This document shows, one piece after another, positions 40,818 to 53,818 of a DNA stretch of 64,000 bases (position 1 is the first letter of the stretch; every line of letters begins with the position of its first letter). Origin of the DNA: Sphagnum compactum (taxonomy: Eukaryota); NCBI GenBank assembly GCA_965153455.1, contig OZ234494.1, positions 5,270,001 to 5,334,000 of the forward strand. The letters run 5' to 3'. The position numbers and the translations under genes were made by a program. The notes beneath the pieces were generated by a model. That model did not search any database. It was not told where the DNA came from and saw only the letters and a list, made by a program, of their open reading frames with translations.

Positions 40818-41160
40818 CCTGCAAAACTTGTAATGTCTTTTGCTTACAGTACAAAACTTAAAATGTAACTAAAATAGAAAACTTGTAATACCTTCATTTG
40901 TTGCCTCATAGCTTGAATACAAGTTGCAACAAGCTCAAAACAACGTGCAAAAACACCTTTTGTATCCAACAAGTTCTAGAAGCAGAAGGCATTACAAGTT
41001 CTGCAAGTAGAAGGCATTATAAGTTTTCTATTTTAGCTGCATTTTTTCTTTGCTAGTACTTCTACTTGTAGTGCAGCTGAAATACAAAACTTGTAATGCC
41101 TTATTGCTTACATAGCTACCTGCATACAAGTTGTAAAGAGCTCAAAAACAGCATGCAACA
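40818..41160. repeat. Mixed-orientation cluster of AAAACTTGTAATGCCTT subrepeats
   Basis: 40862-40894 and 41011-41043 are inverted copies (about 29/33); further direct copies at about 40823 and 41086. Confidence 0.7.
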
Positions 41161-42675
41161 CTAAAATCTCCAAAATAATTTTATCATTCACTACATACAT
41201 ATGTTTCCTATCCTACCAATGCTTGATGGCATCGTCAAATGTGGAAATACCTATCGAATAGTGATATTGAACAAACATCTTGACAATCAAACCAAGATGA
41301 TTTGTCATTCCGCCTATGACACAGAATGCGACAAGGTGCCCCGTTGGTGAGCAACTCCCTTGTCACATCTAGTGACTGGAAATATCAACTGGAAATATCA
41401 ATTAGCTTGACATCTAGTCAGTTATCTACTTAGTAAGGATTCAAGTTTAGTGACTGGAAGTGTTAGCAGAGTTGTTAGGGATGTTGTTCCAGTGAACTGT
41501 GGCTGGCTATTTCAGAAATGAGAGGAATGGCATGATAGTTTTGAATGCCCAAGTGCTCAGTAGGTTGTTAGATGTAATTTTACTATTGTTGAGCATTTTG
41601 TTTGGATTGATAGAAGCTGGCAAATAAGAGATCATTGTGGAGACAAATGCATGATAAATATGTGCAATATAAAATGCTAGAGTGCAGGTAGTTCTTCATT
41701 GACATGGATAGGTGTGAGTTCTTGACCATTAGCTTCTTGCAAATGTGACCTTGGCTCCAGCCCTAAGGAGTGGGAGTTGCAAGCCATCATAGAATTGAGA
41801 AAATAATGAGCACTAGCAATACTGCCCACACCTTCTGGGTCATAATTGGCAACTTGAAGCTCAATTGTGGAACTGCTTATGAATGCCAGTTACAATTTTG
41901 AGGCCTGGGTACAACAGGTTTTCACATATTTCTTGTGGCTATCTGAGGCACTGATGGGTTGGAGGCTGGAGCCGGGCAGCTCTTCCATCTCGGTAGCTCC
42001 AGATCCTAATCACATCTTACTCTGGAAGCTCAACACTGCATCTGAAAAGTTCTTGTTGGGATGGATGAGATTTGTGACAGCAGCTGCTTGCTGCAAGAGC
42101 TGGACCTGTCCATGAACCTCACTACAATACATGGGCAACTAACAACAAATTTGGATTGCCACTGGTCATATGATTTTTTCTGGATATGGTGAAGAGTCCA
42201 TTTGGACAGAGCTCTACTGTAGCAAATTGCCCCATTTGAGCAAGTAAAACAGATAAAACGAGCAAGTAAATATAAGACAAGAATGTCTGAAGTTTCAATT
42301 GCATCCTTAAGTTTTTTCTACCCTTGTCATTTACCTTCATCATATGATTCATTCATCACCATTCCAATTTACTGCCACAAATTAATTATGGGCAATTTGT
42401 TCAACTAATCACTTAGCTGTTTATTCCGTGACTCAAATAATTAAAACATCCAAGAACTGGAAAACTACAATTTTCAGCCGTGAAACTGAAATAGGTTTTC
42501 TTTTTTCTTTTTTCCCAATTCTGTTCAAAATGTCTCGTCTAAGACTTCACACAAGTTTTACCATCACATGGAAGAATCTCGATTTGCTATAAAAATAGAC
42601 TACTCATGCCAGTTTGGTGGTGTACGGATCCTGGCATCTTCATGGTTGGCAGAACTGCCAGGTCGGGTTCTGAGG

Positions 42676-45600
42676 CTACTCCCCTGTTGGATCTCCTTGT
42701 CTGGGTTGTGGGGGATGTTGTAAAGGCTGAAAATTCAAACAAAAAGCAAAAGAAAAAGCAAAAGGGGTGATATTCTAACATGATTGAGGGGGTTCAAGTT
42801 TCTACACTTCTACAGAAACAAATCCTACTGTATTTATGCTGAATATATGCAGCAGCTATCCTAAACAAACAAGGCTTCATCTGTGATTTTACCACATGAT
42901 TTGATACGTCTATCACTCTTGTACGACCCAGGAGCCTAATGAATCTATTGGTACCACTCCTTTGATATGGGAAATTGGACACATGGGATTGTGGTAGGCA
43001 AACACTTAGTCACAATTCAGAGTTACAAATAATACCAAGAACATTTGGAGTCCAAGTTTCTGTGGACGTGCTGCAACTGAAGCTGTGGAAAGCCTCAGTC
43101 TAAGATTTCTGCAATCCAAACATGAACACAATGATCAGAATGTTAGTTGTGCATTGTCAGAATTCAACTGTCCTCATGAACTTGGTACTTTGCAAGTGAT
43201 TCCTGTCATTATTTTGGCTTTACTCTGAGCTTGACAGGACATAAGCTTACAGAATCCAACTATTATCCCAGCATGTCACGAACCAAAATTTCCTGGGGAT
43301 CTGAAAAATCTTAATCGCATTCAATGCCCTATGAGGATTCTGTCCCCTTGAAAATAGCAATTACTTGAAGATGTGAAAGCTTTTCCTTGGGTAGTACCTG
43401 AATGTTTCCACACACATCCAAAACTTCCTCCAAAGGTGCCCAATCACCAAAATTCCTCTCCACAAACTGGTAAGCAACCCCACCATTTCCTGCTCTGAGG
43501 ATGTAAAGACCTCCCTTGATTGTACCCTCCCCTGTCAAATTGTATTCAATTCCAGTGTCTGTGGCACGTTTCCAGTTTGCTTTAGCAGCTGGATTGAGCA
43601 AAAATCCAGTTATAAAGCCTTCTCTGGGAATTGTTCCACCTCCAAGTGCCTTGAAAAAATCTCTATTTTCATCAACCACCACCATACCTCCCCAATACCG
43701 TGGCCAAAATGCCCTCACCTGCACTTGGAGAAAAATGAACTAGGCTTAGAAAGAGAGAAATCCGATAAGCACTGGCATTTGGTCACAGCAAGAATTCTGC
43801 CAGTACAGAAACACAGGCCTCTAGCATGGTGATTGAGACTTAGAGATGACTTGGTTTAAAGCAAAACTCTTTCAAGAGAAAAATTCCAGAACAGGGGGCA
43901 TACCTCAGCATCAATATGCTCATTGAGACACACAACCAACTGAATACCCATGGCATCGAAAATAGGTTTCCTCGCATACAACTGATGTGCTTCTGCTCGG
44001 CACATAACACACCTGTATAACCCTCACCCCAAATCAATGCCTGTCATCACCAATTCACCTAGTATTTGGCCCCACCAGAGTTACAATCCTTGAAAACAGG
44101 AGATTATAGAATCTATTCTTCAGTGCACATTGCCTGCCGGTCTGATGCATGCCCTTTTAACAGAGATTGAGCTGGACACATCTTCAACAGCCCTGTGACT
44201 TGCTTGCTCAGAGCTATCACCATCACAAATTGGGTGCTCCAATAGTTTCATCCCCAGCACTTACTCCCGTCCCACTTTGCTCAGGAAAGAATTTGAACAC
44301 AATGCAAGACCATATCAAGTAATTGGTGCTACAGACTATAAAACCCATCAACCCTTCTCCTCAATCTCATTGAGTTGATTAGCAAATTATGGATTGCAAA
44401 AAAATCCACAATCGGTTGTAATTAAGCTGGTGATTATCAAATTCTGGACTTCAGAAAATCCACAATCAGTTGCAAAGCTGGTGGGTGATGAACCCTAGCA
44501 GCATGGGTTTGGTATATACTGTTCAGAACAAATGAGAACAAGGGAGGAAGAAGAACAGGCACTTTGGATGACTTGATGACACACTTCACTGGCTTGGGGA
44601 CAACTCCTAAAAGCACTCATGGGAAAGAACTTGAGCCATCTGGGAATTACAAACATGAGACTTGAGCACTGAGGTACTAGAGCTTCTTCCAATACACATC
44701 AGAATGTGTTGTTGGAGACATTGAGCTATGGCTTGTTGATGTAGAAGGAAATGAAGAAAAGAAAAGTGAGTGGGGAGAAAGAAGACTTCACTGGCTTGGG
44801 GACAAACTCTTAAGAGCATTTATGGGAAAGAAGTTGAGCCATCTGGTGGGAATTACATACATGAGACTCAAGCACTGAGGTTCTAGAACTTCTTGCAATA
44901 AATACATCAGAATGTGTTGTTGGAGATGAGCTATGGCTTTTTGATGTAGAAGAAGATGAAGAAAAGTAAAGTGGGTGGTGAGAAAGAAGTCACACCCAGG
45001 GCGGCGTAGGCACAAAATCAAAGTGGGTTGATCAGCCCAAAGCTCAGAAGCTCTGGTAGGAGGAGGCAATGCGATGGGGGCAGACGACTTCTTGAAAGGA
45101 TTGTTGCCCTTGACATAGGCGGGTGTGAGTTTCCTGATCATGACCTTCTCCAGAACGGACAGCTGAGTGACCTCCTCGCTGATAGAGCCGGGTATCACCA
45201 AGCCACAGAAACGAGGAGTGACAGGTGCCGCTGAGAAAATCCCCTTGCTAACAGTGGTAGGACCACCCACAGGTCGGAGCACAACTGGGGACTTGAAGCC
45301 AGAGATGTCTGTGGTGGACTTGCCGTCGGCGCCGGAGATGAGCTTGACGCCCGGATATATCATTTCGACATCATTACGGGGGGACTCTTCAGCAGGCACA
45401 GGCGTTGAGGAGGGTTTCGTCTCTTCCAGCTTCGGCAGCTTGGTACTTTTGGGTTCCTTGATCTTCTTCACCTTTTCTTCCACCTCTGCCGGAGCTGCTG
45501 GCTCTGGCTCCGCCACACCGTGGTGCACTTTGGTGGTTACCCTGGCAGGAAGGTTGAGATTTCTGGGCAATTGGATGCTGCAAGCGCTGGCCCTGTCGAT

Positions 45601-46206
45601 GAACCTGGCTACATGTCCTCTCTTCATGTGATAATCTGACATCAGGGTTTCAGGGCTGGTTTGGAGGAGCTCGTGAAGGGTTTTCCCTGACTTTTCCAGA
45701 GCATCTGCGTACTGCATTAGGGATCTGTCGTGCAGGTATGTCCTTATCTCCAGTGCATCCTGTTAAAAAAGATTAATATTGCGATCTCAAGAGTGTCAGA
45801 GTTGCACAAGTCCCACTATTGCTGCACATCACCTGCTGGCGTCTTCTGAAACAAATCTAATGGAAAGAAAGCTTCTGAAAACAATCGAGTTTAACCAAGA
45901 CACATGAGATCACAGAGAGCCATAAAATCCCGAGGCTTTTTTTCCCCCCATAAAACGAGTTAGATTTCGAAACTAAAGGTTCGGAAGGAAGGAAGAAGCG
46001 ACTAGTAGCAAAGAGGAGGTAGTAGTAGAGAGGAGAATACAGCCGCATATTACCCGTTGAAACTGCGTAAGTTGCAAAAGATCCATGTCCTCCGGTGTCA
46101 TCATCTTGAGAGTCGGCACATCGTCCCACCCATCGGCTGACAACATATCTACCTGATCCTTTAACACCCCATTTCCTACGAAATCCTCTAACAAATACGA
46201 CGCCAT
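42676..46206 (-). CDS. Peroxiredoxin-like (PRXL2A/FAM213/SelU-related, AhpC-TSA_2 thioredoxin fold) protein with two N-terminal SAM-like domains, about 465 aa
   Basis: Exons 46206-46054, 45759-44996, 44012-43904, 43718-43398, 42726-42676 (GT-AG, 1398 nt, open). Starts MASYLLEDFVGNGVLK..GWDDVPTLK. Splicing creates LILCLRRPG|CVMCRAEAHQLY, followed by FWPRYWGG, NLTGEGTIKGGLY, YQFVERNFGDWAP. The last small exon is less certain; read-through would stop at 43329. Confidence 0.92.
44583..44990. repeat. ~203-bp tandem duplication in intron 2 of the Prx-like gene
   Basis: ACTTCACTGGCTTGGGGACAA..GGGAAAGAA.TTGAGCCATCTGG..ACATCAGAATGTGTTGTTGGAGA..GAGAAAGAAG at 44583 and 44785. Confidence 0.95.
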
Positions 46207-46216
46207 CTCTCTCTCA

Positions 46217-46307
46217 GATCTCAACCAAAATCCACAGACCCTCGAACCACCCAACTCTCTGTGTGATCCCAACCAAAATCTGCAAACACCCAAACCCCAC
46301 AACTCTC
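46217..46307. repeat. Diverged 48-bp tandem duplication just upstream of the ATG
   Basis: GATC.CAACCAAAATC..CA.AC.C.C.AACC..C.CAACTCTC at 46217 and 46265. Confidence 0.75.
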
Positions 46308-46621
46308 AACTCAACACCAAGACTAGACTTCCTCCCGAGCAGAGCTTCAAATGCAAAGATGGAGCTCTAAAACCTTCAACCCGCGAAGAACTCCTTAAGA
46401 AAGCTTGTAGATTTTAGCTCTGGTGTTGAACTCGGAGTTCCTCGACAGCACAAGCACAACGAACCAAAAAAAGGAATGATCCTGCAAGTGAGCTTGCTTG
46501 CAGCTGCGGACACAGTTAGAGCAAAAACCGCTAAGTGCAGACCTAAAATTTGCTGCAATTCTCAAGTTTTGAACACGGAATTTTGCGAGCGGAATTTTTT
46601 TTCGTCATACCCAAGCAAACG

Positions 46622-46628
46622 ATTTATA
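46622..46628 (-). promoter_or_regulatory. Possible TATA box of the Prx-like gene
   Basis: TATAAAT on the minus strand inside a CpG-rich stretch about 420 bp upstream of the ATG. Confidence 0.3.
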
Positions 46629-48054
46629 CCTCCGATATGATCTCGCCAGGAACCAAAAACCGCAAATCTTATTACTTGGGCTGCCCGCAAGCAAGAACCG
46701 GCAACAGTCTGTTACGACTCCTTCTGCGTGGATTTCGTCTGCCCGCTTTTTCCGGCTGCCTCCATTCCAGGCTGCCTTGGATACAATATCGGCGTATATG
46801 TAGGGATTTTTGGCGCGTAGTTTACTATAAACTCTGCACGTATTCCGTTTATTAATAGGCCAAATAATACGGCAAAAGTTGGCGAAAACTACTTTTCAAT
46901 TTCTGTGAACCAACTTACTTATTGCTAAAAAAAGTGGTCTGGTTTTTAACCTTCTCTGTATATGGACAAGGGTTAGTGTACTAATATACACAGAGGCTGT
47001 TGAATAGGCTTGTGTATACGGTTCCCCTTCCTTATTTGATATGCTTCTAGCAACCGGAAGGGGTTCGGGAACTTGACGTTCCCTTGGTTTGCTTTCTTAG
47101 GTGGTTCATTTGTCTTCTTGAATGTGGGTTCTGCCATTTTGTTCCTTGTATTCCTTTTTTTTTTTTTTTCCTTTTTGGGGTTTGTGGGTGCTTTGGTTTT
47201 CTTATGATTGTCAGCATCATTGTGTGTAGATGTGCCAAAAAAGATAAATGTTATTGCCAACGATATGGTTAGATTTGGTGGTTTTCATTTTTTTTTGGCC
47301 TTAGTTATCTTGCGTGAACTAATAATTTAATATGTAATAAGGTTTGCTAGGTTTGTGAGAATTTTAGAAAAGCAATGGGAATGGTAGCAAGGAACCATTA
47401 GTGTTCTATGTATGACTGAATTTGTTTTGTCAGGCCAATGGAATTGCTGGATTTGATGGTCTGAATTTTTTTTTCCTTGTTATCTTGAGTGTATTAACAG
47501 TTCAATGTATAATAGCTACTTACACGCAGGGTTCTTTGCACATTATTTGTGCACTTTGAAGGTTACTTTACAAAGTGCAATTTTACGTCCGCCAAGAGGC
47601 AAGTGTTGCAAAAAGCAAAATGGCCCCTGCAATACTCACTTTTCAAAATGCCCCCTACAATGGTATTCACTTTTGGAAACACTTGTCGCTCCTTTTTTTA
47701 AACCTTTTTTTCTTGTGGTACCCACAGTTATCATGGGAAAAAATAAAAAATAAAAACTGGATCAGGTTGTTATGCGTTATCAAGCCCCATGCCTAGGGCT
47801 TTACACATTCACAAACAGCAATGAGAACCTGGACGGCTTCATTGGTTACTAGCTCTCAAGTTAACCTACACAAAACAACAACCATAATAAGAATTTCAAT
47901 GCCTTTATTCATCGACTACTAGGTAAAAATTACACATAAAAAACTTGCATCATTTGCATATGAGCATTTTCAAACTGAATTTAGTGGAATAGGTCTTTTT
48001 ATCTAACTTTGAAAATGTGTAGCATGATTTTTTTCTAATTTATCGTTTAACTTT

Positions 48055-49636
48055 GACACCCATTTCTATTTACCATTCCATCAGAAGGAATTAGGGTCTC
48101 GAGGTTCCATTGCGTACTTCATCCTTCACATCATTTTTTATCTAAATTATTTTATTGAAGGATGTTCAAATGTTTATTTTTTTCTTAGAATGGGTGATGT
48201 TCAAGTAGGTTTTAAAATTCTAATTCATTGTTTTGTGCAACATTCATCATATCTATTATGATGCACACTTCTAGTTTCCACCTTCATAAAGTCCCTTACT
48301 TTTTTCGGCTCCTCTTTTTTTCAAGTGTTTGAACACCTTTTGGGTCTAGTATTCTTTGATAGCCCAAAAAGACCTCTAGTCTATTAACAAGCCTTTCTCC
48401 CAATAACTTTTAGTGGCATCGGCTTCCTATGACGAAAACCATCATCCTAGTAGCCTATTTAAAAAACTATGCCTTTGTAACTTCCATCACTATTAGATTT
48501 ATGGTTGATCAATGTCTTTTCCTTTTTGAAGCTTTAGCACGAGTTGACAACAACACCTTCAATTTCCAACAACACCTCAAGGTGGTTTGTGATCTTCTAC
48601 CACCCCCAACATGCGCATGTTTTTCTCCCTTTGAACAACCCATCAATAAACAAGTGGTTCGATTTCATTATTTCATCTCGGAGCGTTTGCACCATCATAC
48701 CCTTTTCAACATGCTCTCCAACATGATATTTGAAACCCATCATGTTCTAACTCCAAGGCGAACACTTGGTTTACAGTTCAACTAGCCTTCTTAAGTTTTT
48801 TATTATGTTCCCCATCTTTTTCCATAATGCTCCAAATGCAACTTGAATTACCACATCTTTCAATTACAGGAATCCCTTGATGCTATGGGTGTCCACCTTT
48901 TATGTTGCGCCCACGACAATGAGCACATGAACACCATGATGTAGTTTGCAACACTTTTGCTTCCATTGCATAAGATGCCGACTTCCATGTGGGATGAAAA
49001 CAATTACACTCGCTTCCTTTAACCATGTTTCATTCCTTTCGTCAATGAGTTGACATTGTGTTCACCAAAGATGGAATTCGCACCTTAATTGATGTTGTCA
49101 TTGTTGATTCAACACAAGTGAACTTACTTTGTCAATCTTGCATAATTCAAGGATTTGCTACCTTTGAAGTAGTTCAAGCCAAAAAGAAAAGCTATCATGA
49201 TCAACAACCCACTAATCATTTCCTTTTCTTTAACAATTGAGATGTTTGGATGTCTAAACAAATGAGTTGATATGTTCTTACATGATTGTGCCAATGCCAT
49301 GTGAAACTCCAAAACCCCAAAGGGCTCTTCTATTTTTGTTTTGATTGTTTTTTTCTATCAAAAAATTTCAATTACATTAAAAAAATTCAAGCATCCTCCA
49401 TCTTAAGTTGAGTAATAGCAATAAGTCTAACTATTTCCTAACTTCCACCCCTTCAAGCCGCATCCCCCATCACCACGACTAAACTTTTACTAATAGTCAA
49501 TTGTTAAGACATAGAGATTTTTGACATCTTGTTTGTGTTAGCTTCATGTCCTTTAAATTTATCATTTCCATTTTATTTTTTCCCTTGTACATTTTCTGGA
49601 TCTGTGGTGTGTTTATTAATAAAGTTTTGCAGGGTT
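48055..49636 (+). mobile_element. 5'-truncated decayed CRE-type non-LTR retrotransposon
   Basis: PSEGIRV.., MGDVQVGFKIL.., LVAYLKNYAFV..FQQHLKVVCDLLPP..FSPFEQ, HLLCCAHDNEHM..HDVVCNTF, VDIVFTKDGIRTLIDVVIVDSTQ..EMFGCL; ends near AATAAAGTTTTGCAGGG. Same domain order as the copies at 1-2170 and 12290-15750. Confidence 0.75.
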
Positions 49637-49773
49637 AGCACATAAAACCTCCAATATTCATTTCATAAGGTACCTGCTACTCAGCACAAGGTCACCAATG
49701 CCCAGGTCTCATTGGCCCAATGATTAGTAACCCTTTGGCTTCTTGGACGAAATCCTCTCTTTAAGGTTCTTAT

Positions 49774-49904
49774 TATGGTTGGTTGGTGAGAGGCTGCTGG
49801 TTTCCAGAAATATGCTCATGGCCTCCTGTGCCTCGAATATGGTTGGTTGGTGAGAGGCTGCTGGTTTCCAGAAATATGCTCATGGCCTCCTGTGCCTCGA
49901 ATAT
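49774..49904 (+). repeat. Exact 64-bp tandem duplication
   Basis: 49774-49837 equals 49838-49901, with TAT microhomology at the junctions. Confidence 0.97.
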
Positions 49905-50004
49905 TTCTAGTAAACGGTCGAGGAGGAGTGCCTTGGCTATTTATGGTAACTAAGCCGACTCTAACCCGGGTAGAACACCTCTTTGAGTGATGCCTCTTAT
50001 TACG

Positions 50005-50090
50005 GGCTATATTTAATCCAGGAAATGTTAAAATTGGACTCAGAGACCCAGATTTAGTCTTTTTAGGCCAAATATTTCTAATGTCTATTA
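50005..50090 (+). repeat. Short dispersed repeat (relatives at about 25633, 26066-26145, 50765-50857)
   Basis: GGCTATATTTAA.CCAGGAAATGTTAAAATTGGACTCAGAGACCC..TTTAGTCT...TATTT.TAATGTCTA. Confidence 0.6.
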
Positions 50091-50697
50091 AGAAACCCAA
50101 AAAACATTTAGGGTTTTCACAATTGTTGGCTGGCTATTGCCTTTTTATTTCATAAATGGTTGGGTAGGTTTTTTTTTTTTTTTTCAGTTTTGAATCACAT
50201 AGGGTATCAATATCAAGAAATTTTTGGGAATTTAAACCCACCCACTTATCAATTTATTCAGTTATTCTTTTGGAAATAATCATCAGTTATGTATAAGCGT
50301 GAGTTGTCAAATACCCACCTTCAGAATTATTAGTTATGTTGCCTAGGCAGGGTAGGTTATAAGGTTACTTTCAAAATTTTATTCTTTAATTCTTGCGTTT
50401 TTGTTTTCTATCATGAACATGTTTAGGCTTTTAGTAACTTTCTTTCTTTCTTTTCTTTCTTGGATGAAATTCCAATCATCCAAGTAGGTTATTAAGACTT
50501 GAAAATTCAATACCCAACCCACAAGGATCTTGCCAGTTCCTGGAATGATATGTACTAACCAAGTAGGTTATCAATTGGGTTAAAAAAAAAACAACCAATA
50601 GATAGGTTATCAATACCCGAATTGATAACCAGGTGTTTTCTCATAACCAGACAACAGCTTTTTACAGTGGTATCAATGTAGGGGCTAATTTATTCAG

Positions 50698-50723
50698 CCC
50701 CCCCCCCCCCCCCCCCCCCCCCC
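50698..50723. repeat. C26 homopolymer
   Basis: Directly visible. Confidence 0.95.
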
Positions 50724-52807
50724 ACACTGGTACCTTCTTCACCTCTTGAATGAAGCTTCTTTTTGGCTATATTTAACTTGGGGAAATTTTTATATTCTAA
50801 TTCATAGATCCTGATTTAGTTCTAATAGACTGAGGATGGGCTATTTGTAATGTTTATAAACCACCCCCAAAAAATGGGTATTTCTCCCATGGTGCCAGCA
50901 TAGGTGTGTCACACTGTGGCCTTGCCATTTACATTAAACAGTATCTTAAGGCAAAAGAAGAATTATGAAAATTCGAATATTTCACCGAGCAAAAATATAA
51001 TCTTCAAAAAAATCCTCTAAAAGAAACCAGAATCCTTCAAGATATCATAACTCTAGAATAACTAATCTCAAGTTTGAACACAAGCCAAAACATCATCTTT
51101 AAAAAAATCCTCATATAAAAATCAACCTACTACCTAGGGGCCTAAGCTACTATACTCTATAATGAATCTAAACACAATATCCTTGCCTACCAAGGCAAGG
51201 CCAATAAATGGAGTGGAAACAGTTTTCTGTTGTGTTCCAGTTCATTAGCTAACCATCGTGGTTAGCTCAGTTGCTTTCTTTTACTACCTACCTACTAACA
51301 ACCCACAATCATAGTGTTAGTAGGTAGGTAGTAAAAACAGCCCTTACAGATGTATAATTCGGCTACTTACCTAGTAGTTACCTATTTTCCTACCTACCAA
51401 CCTATGTATGAGACCTATTTCTTACAGAATTGGTTACAAAGGTGAAACTAACTATTAACTCAGATGAGGTTCATCCACAACTAAGTAATAACGAGCATCC
51501 AGTGGATGGTGTACTGGTGGGTGCTAGTTCACGGTGGCCATGATGTAATTGTGGGCCGGGACTGGGGTGAGGTTAGTTTGGCTCATTGTGAGTGCTGCCC
51601 ATGGGCAAAGTTTGCTCTTTCATAATTATGAACTTCGAAGGGGAGGTGACATGAGAGTAGTCTAATGTAAGATTGAGAAAGGCAACATCATAAGAGGAAG
51701 AGTAAATCACATTGTAATGTTATTCTCATTCCTAGGTCCTCCTTAGCTTAAAAAGGAGTATACTAATGCCTTATTGATTATAATACTGAAATTTTAAATT
51801 GATGGCAACCATTGACTTTTTTATTTAACTTTTGTATCACCAAAACACGTGAAGCAAAGTCAATAAATACCTTGATTTTGAATTCCTAGAATCTGCTTTA
51901 CATCTATAAAGGTCTACACACTACATTCCTTTTCAACTTTGAAAAAGGTTTGAAATACCCCACATGTGCATCAGACTTATCTTTAAAGTCAATCTCCTGT
52001 ATTTGAGCTTGCCATTGGGCTTGTCTTTGCCTTTTTCATGTTGAGTTTTGAACTATCCTTAAGTTACCCATGTAAGGGACCTTCAGTCAAAACTTAGCAC
52101 AAGATGACAAATGTTTTGTCTTGCAACCCTCTTTCTCCTAAAACCTTCATTCAATGGAAAAAAAACTTGTTACAAATCAAGCCACTACTCCAAAGCATGA
52201 AAATATTCCAACAAATAGAATAAGAGATACATACACAAAACAACACACACACAAAACATAAGAAAAGGTTAAGAAAGGAAACACAAACAACCTTTACTTA
52301 TTTGAAAATCTTGCCAATTTTTTTAAATTAATGTTGTTATGAATCACCCAACATTGGTTTGAATTGCAAAGCCCTTGCCATTGCCTATACCTAAAAACCT
52401 TGCAAAATAAAAAGATTAATGTTGCTTTGTAACCTTTCACACACACGCAAAACCTTGTGAAAAAACACACACACAAAAAGCCTCTTTGTTTCAAATTGCA
52501 AAACACGCACAAAACAATCACCACATTACTCCAAATCACAAATCATAAAAGAAAAACCACAAGAAAACAAGAAGATCAACATATGTGATTAAACTTTGAT
52601 CACTACCAATTTTTGTGGGTTTTCAAGTCTTACCCACTCTTATTTATGTTACTCACACATCCATCCACCATTCTACCACTTGTGGTCTATTTTGGCCAAA
52701 ACCCACGACGAGCACCCCCTAACATGCCTACTTTATGAATACCTTTGTTATATATCTACTTTTGAAGCAAAAATCAAATATTTCATTCTTTCATAATTTT
52801 TATATTT

Positions 52808-53818
52808 CACTAGAAGAAATTCTTAAATCTATGACTCCATAGATGATTGATTTTGTAGTCATATCGGACAGTATATGACTAAAGGCCTTTAGTTGTAATG
52901 GACAAGTAGCAAAAGACAAGTAATTATTTAATGTTTGACATAGGACTTTTCATTCTATAGTCATTAACGACAAGTCATAGAATACAAACCATGTATAATG
53001 TTGAGGTGTCATATAATGAATGATTAAAATATGATTGTCAAACACAAAGTATTTTTAATAGGTAGGTAGGTAATAGGTTTAAGTAGGTCAAAAAAGGAAG
53101 GTAGGTAGGTAGTAGCTTAACCTACCTAACCTGACTTACGTAATTTATGTAACCTACCTATGTAACTACCTTAGTCTAGCCTACTTACCTTAGCCCCTTA
53201 GGAATGTACATAGCTTACAAATATTAAGAATTCAACCCTTCATTTTCACAATGATAAACCAAGTCCTTACCAATGGACCATAACATCAAAAGGTGTCTAA
53301 TTTTGGTCGTGGGTAGGTAAATAGGTAGGTAGGTGGGTGGGTAGGTAAATGCGTAGTAAGTAAGTAAGTAAGTAGGTAGGTGGTGGATGGGTGGTTGGTG
53401 GGTATGTGGTAGGTAGGTGGCTTGGTGAGTAAACAAGTAAGTAGGTTATAGATGGGTGGGTGGGTAAGTAAATAGGTAGGTACATAGGTAGGTGAAGGGC
53501 GGGGGTAAGGTTGTTTATGTTCATATATAATGACTTATAATTATTTTTTAATCATTGTAATGACAATTGGACGTCCATGTCACTATGTCATTAGTCATGG
53601 ATGCCATGTAAATGAAATAAAAGTGATGAAAACTAACATCCCCCATCTTGTTACCACCTCATCATCTACTAGTCACATGCCTCATTAATGTATGACTATA
53701 ACTTTTTATGTATAGGATCCAAAATAATAATTTATGATTAAAGTCATACATATTGTCATTTAGGACTTGTAATTAATCATAGATTTTTTGGTTGCAAAGG
53801 ACATAATTTCTTCTAGTG
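52808..53818. mobile_element. Non-autonomous CACTA (En/Spm) element
   Basis: Perfect 14-bp TIR CACTAGAAGAAATT / AATTTCTTCTAGTG, 3-bp TSD TTT, ATGACT/AGTCAT subterminal repeats and a GGTA-rich core. Confidence 0.9.

Noticed and set aside
45167-45631. 154-aa plus-strand ORF
   Set aside because: Antisense shadow of the GC-rich exon 2 of the Prx-like gene.
53224-53524. Pro/Thr/Tyr-rich ORFs
   Set aside because: Translation of TACC-type low-complexity repeats inside a CACTA element.
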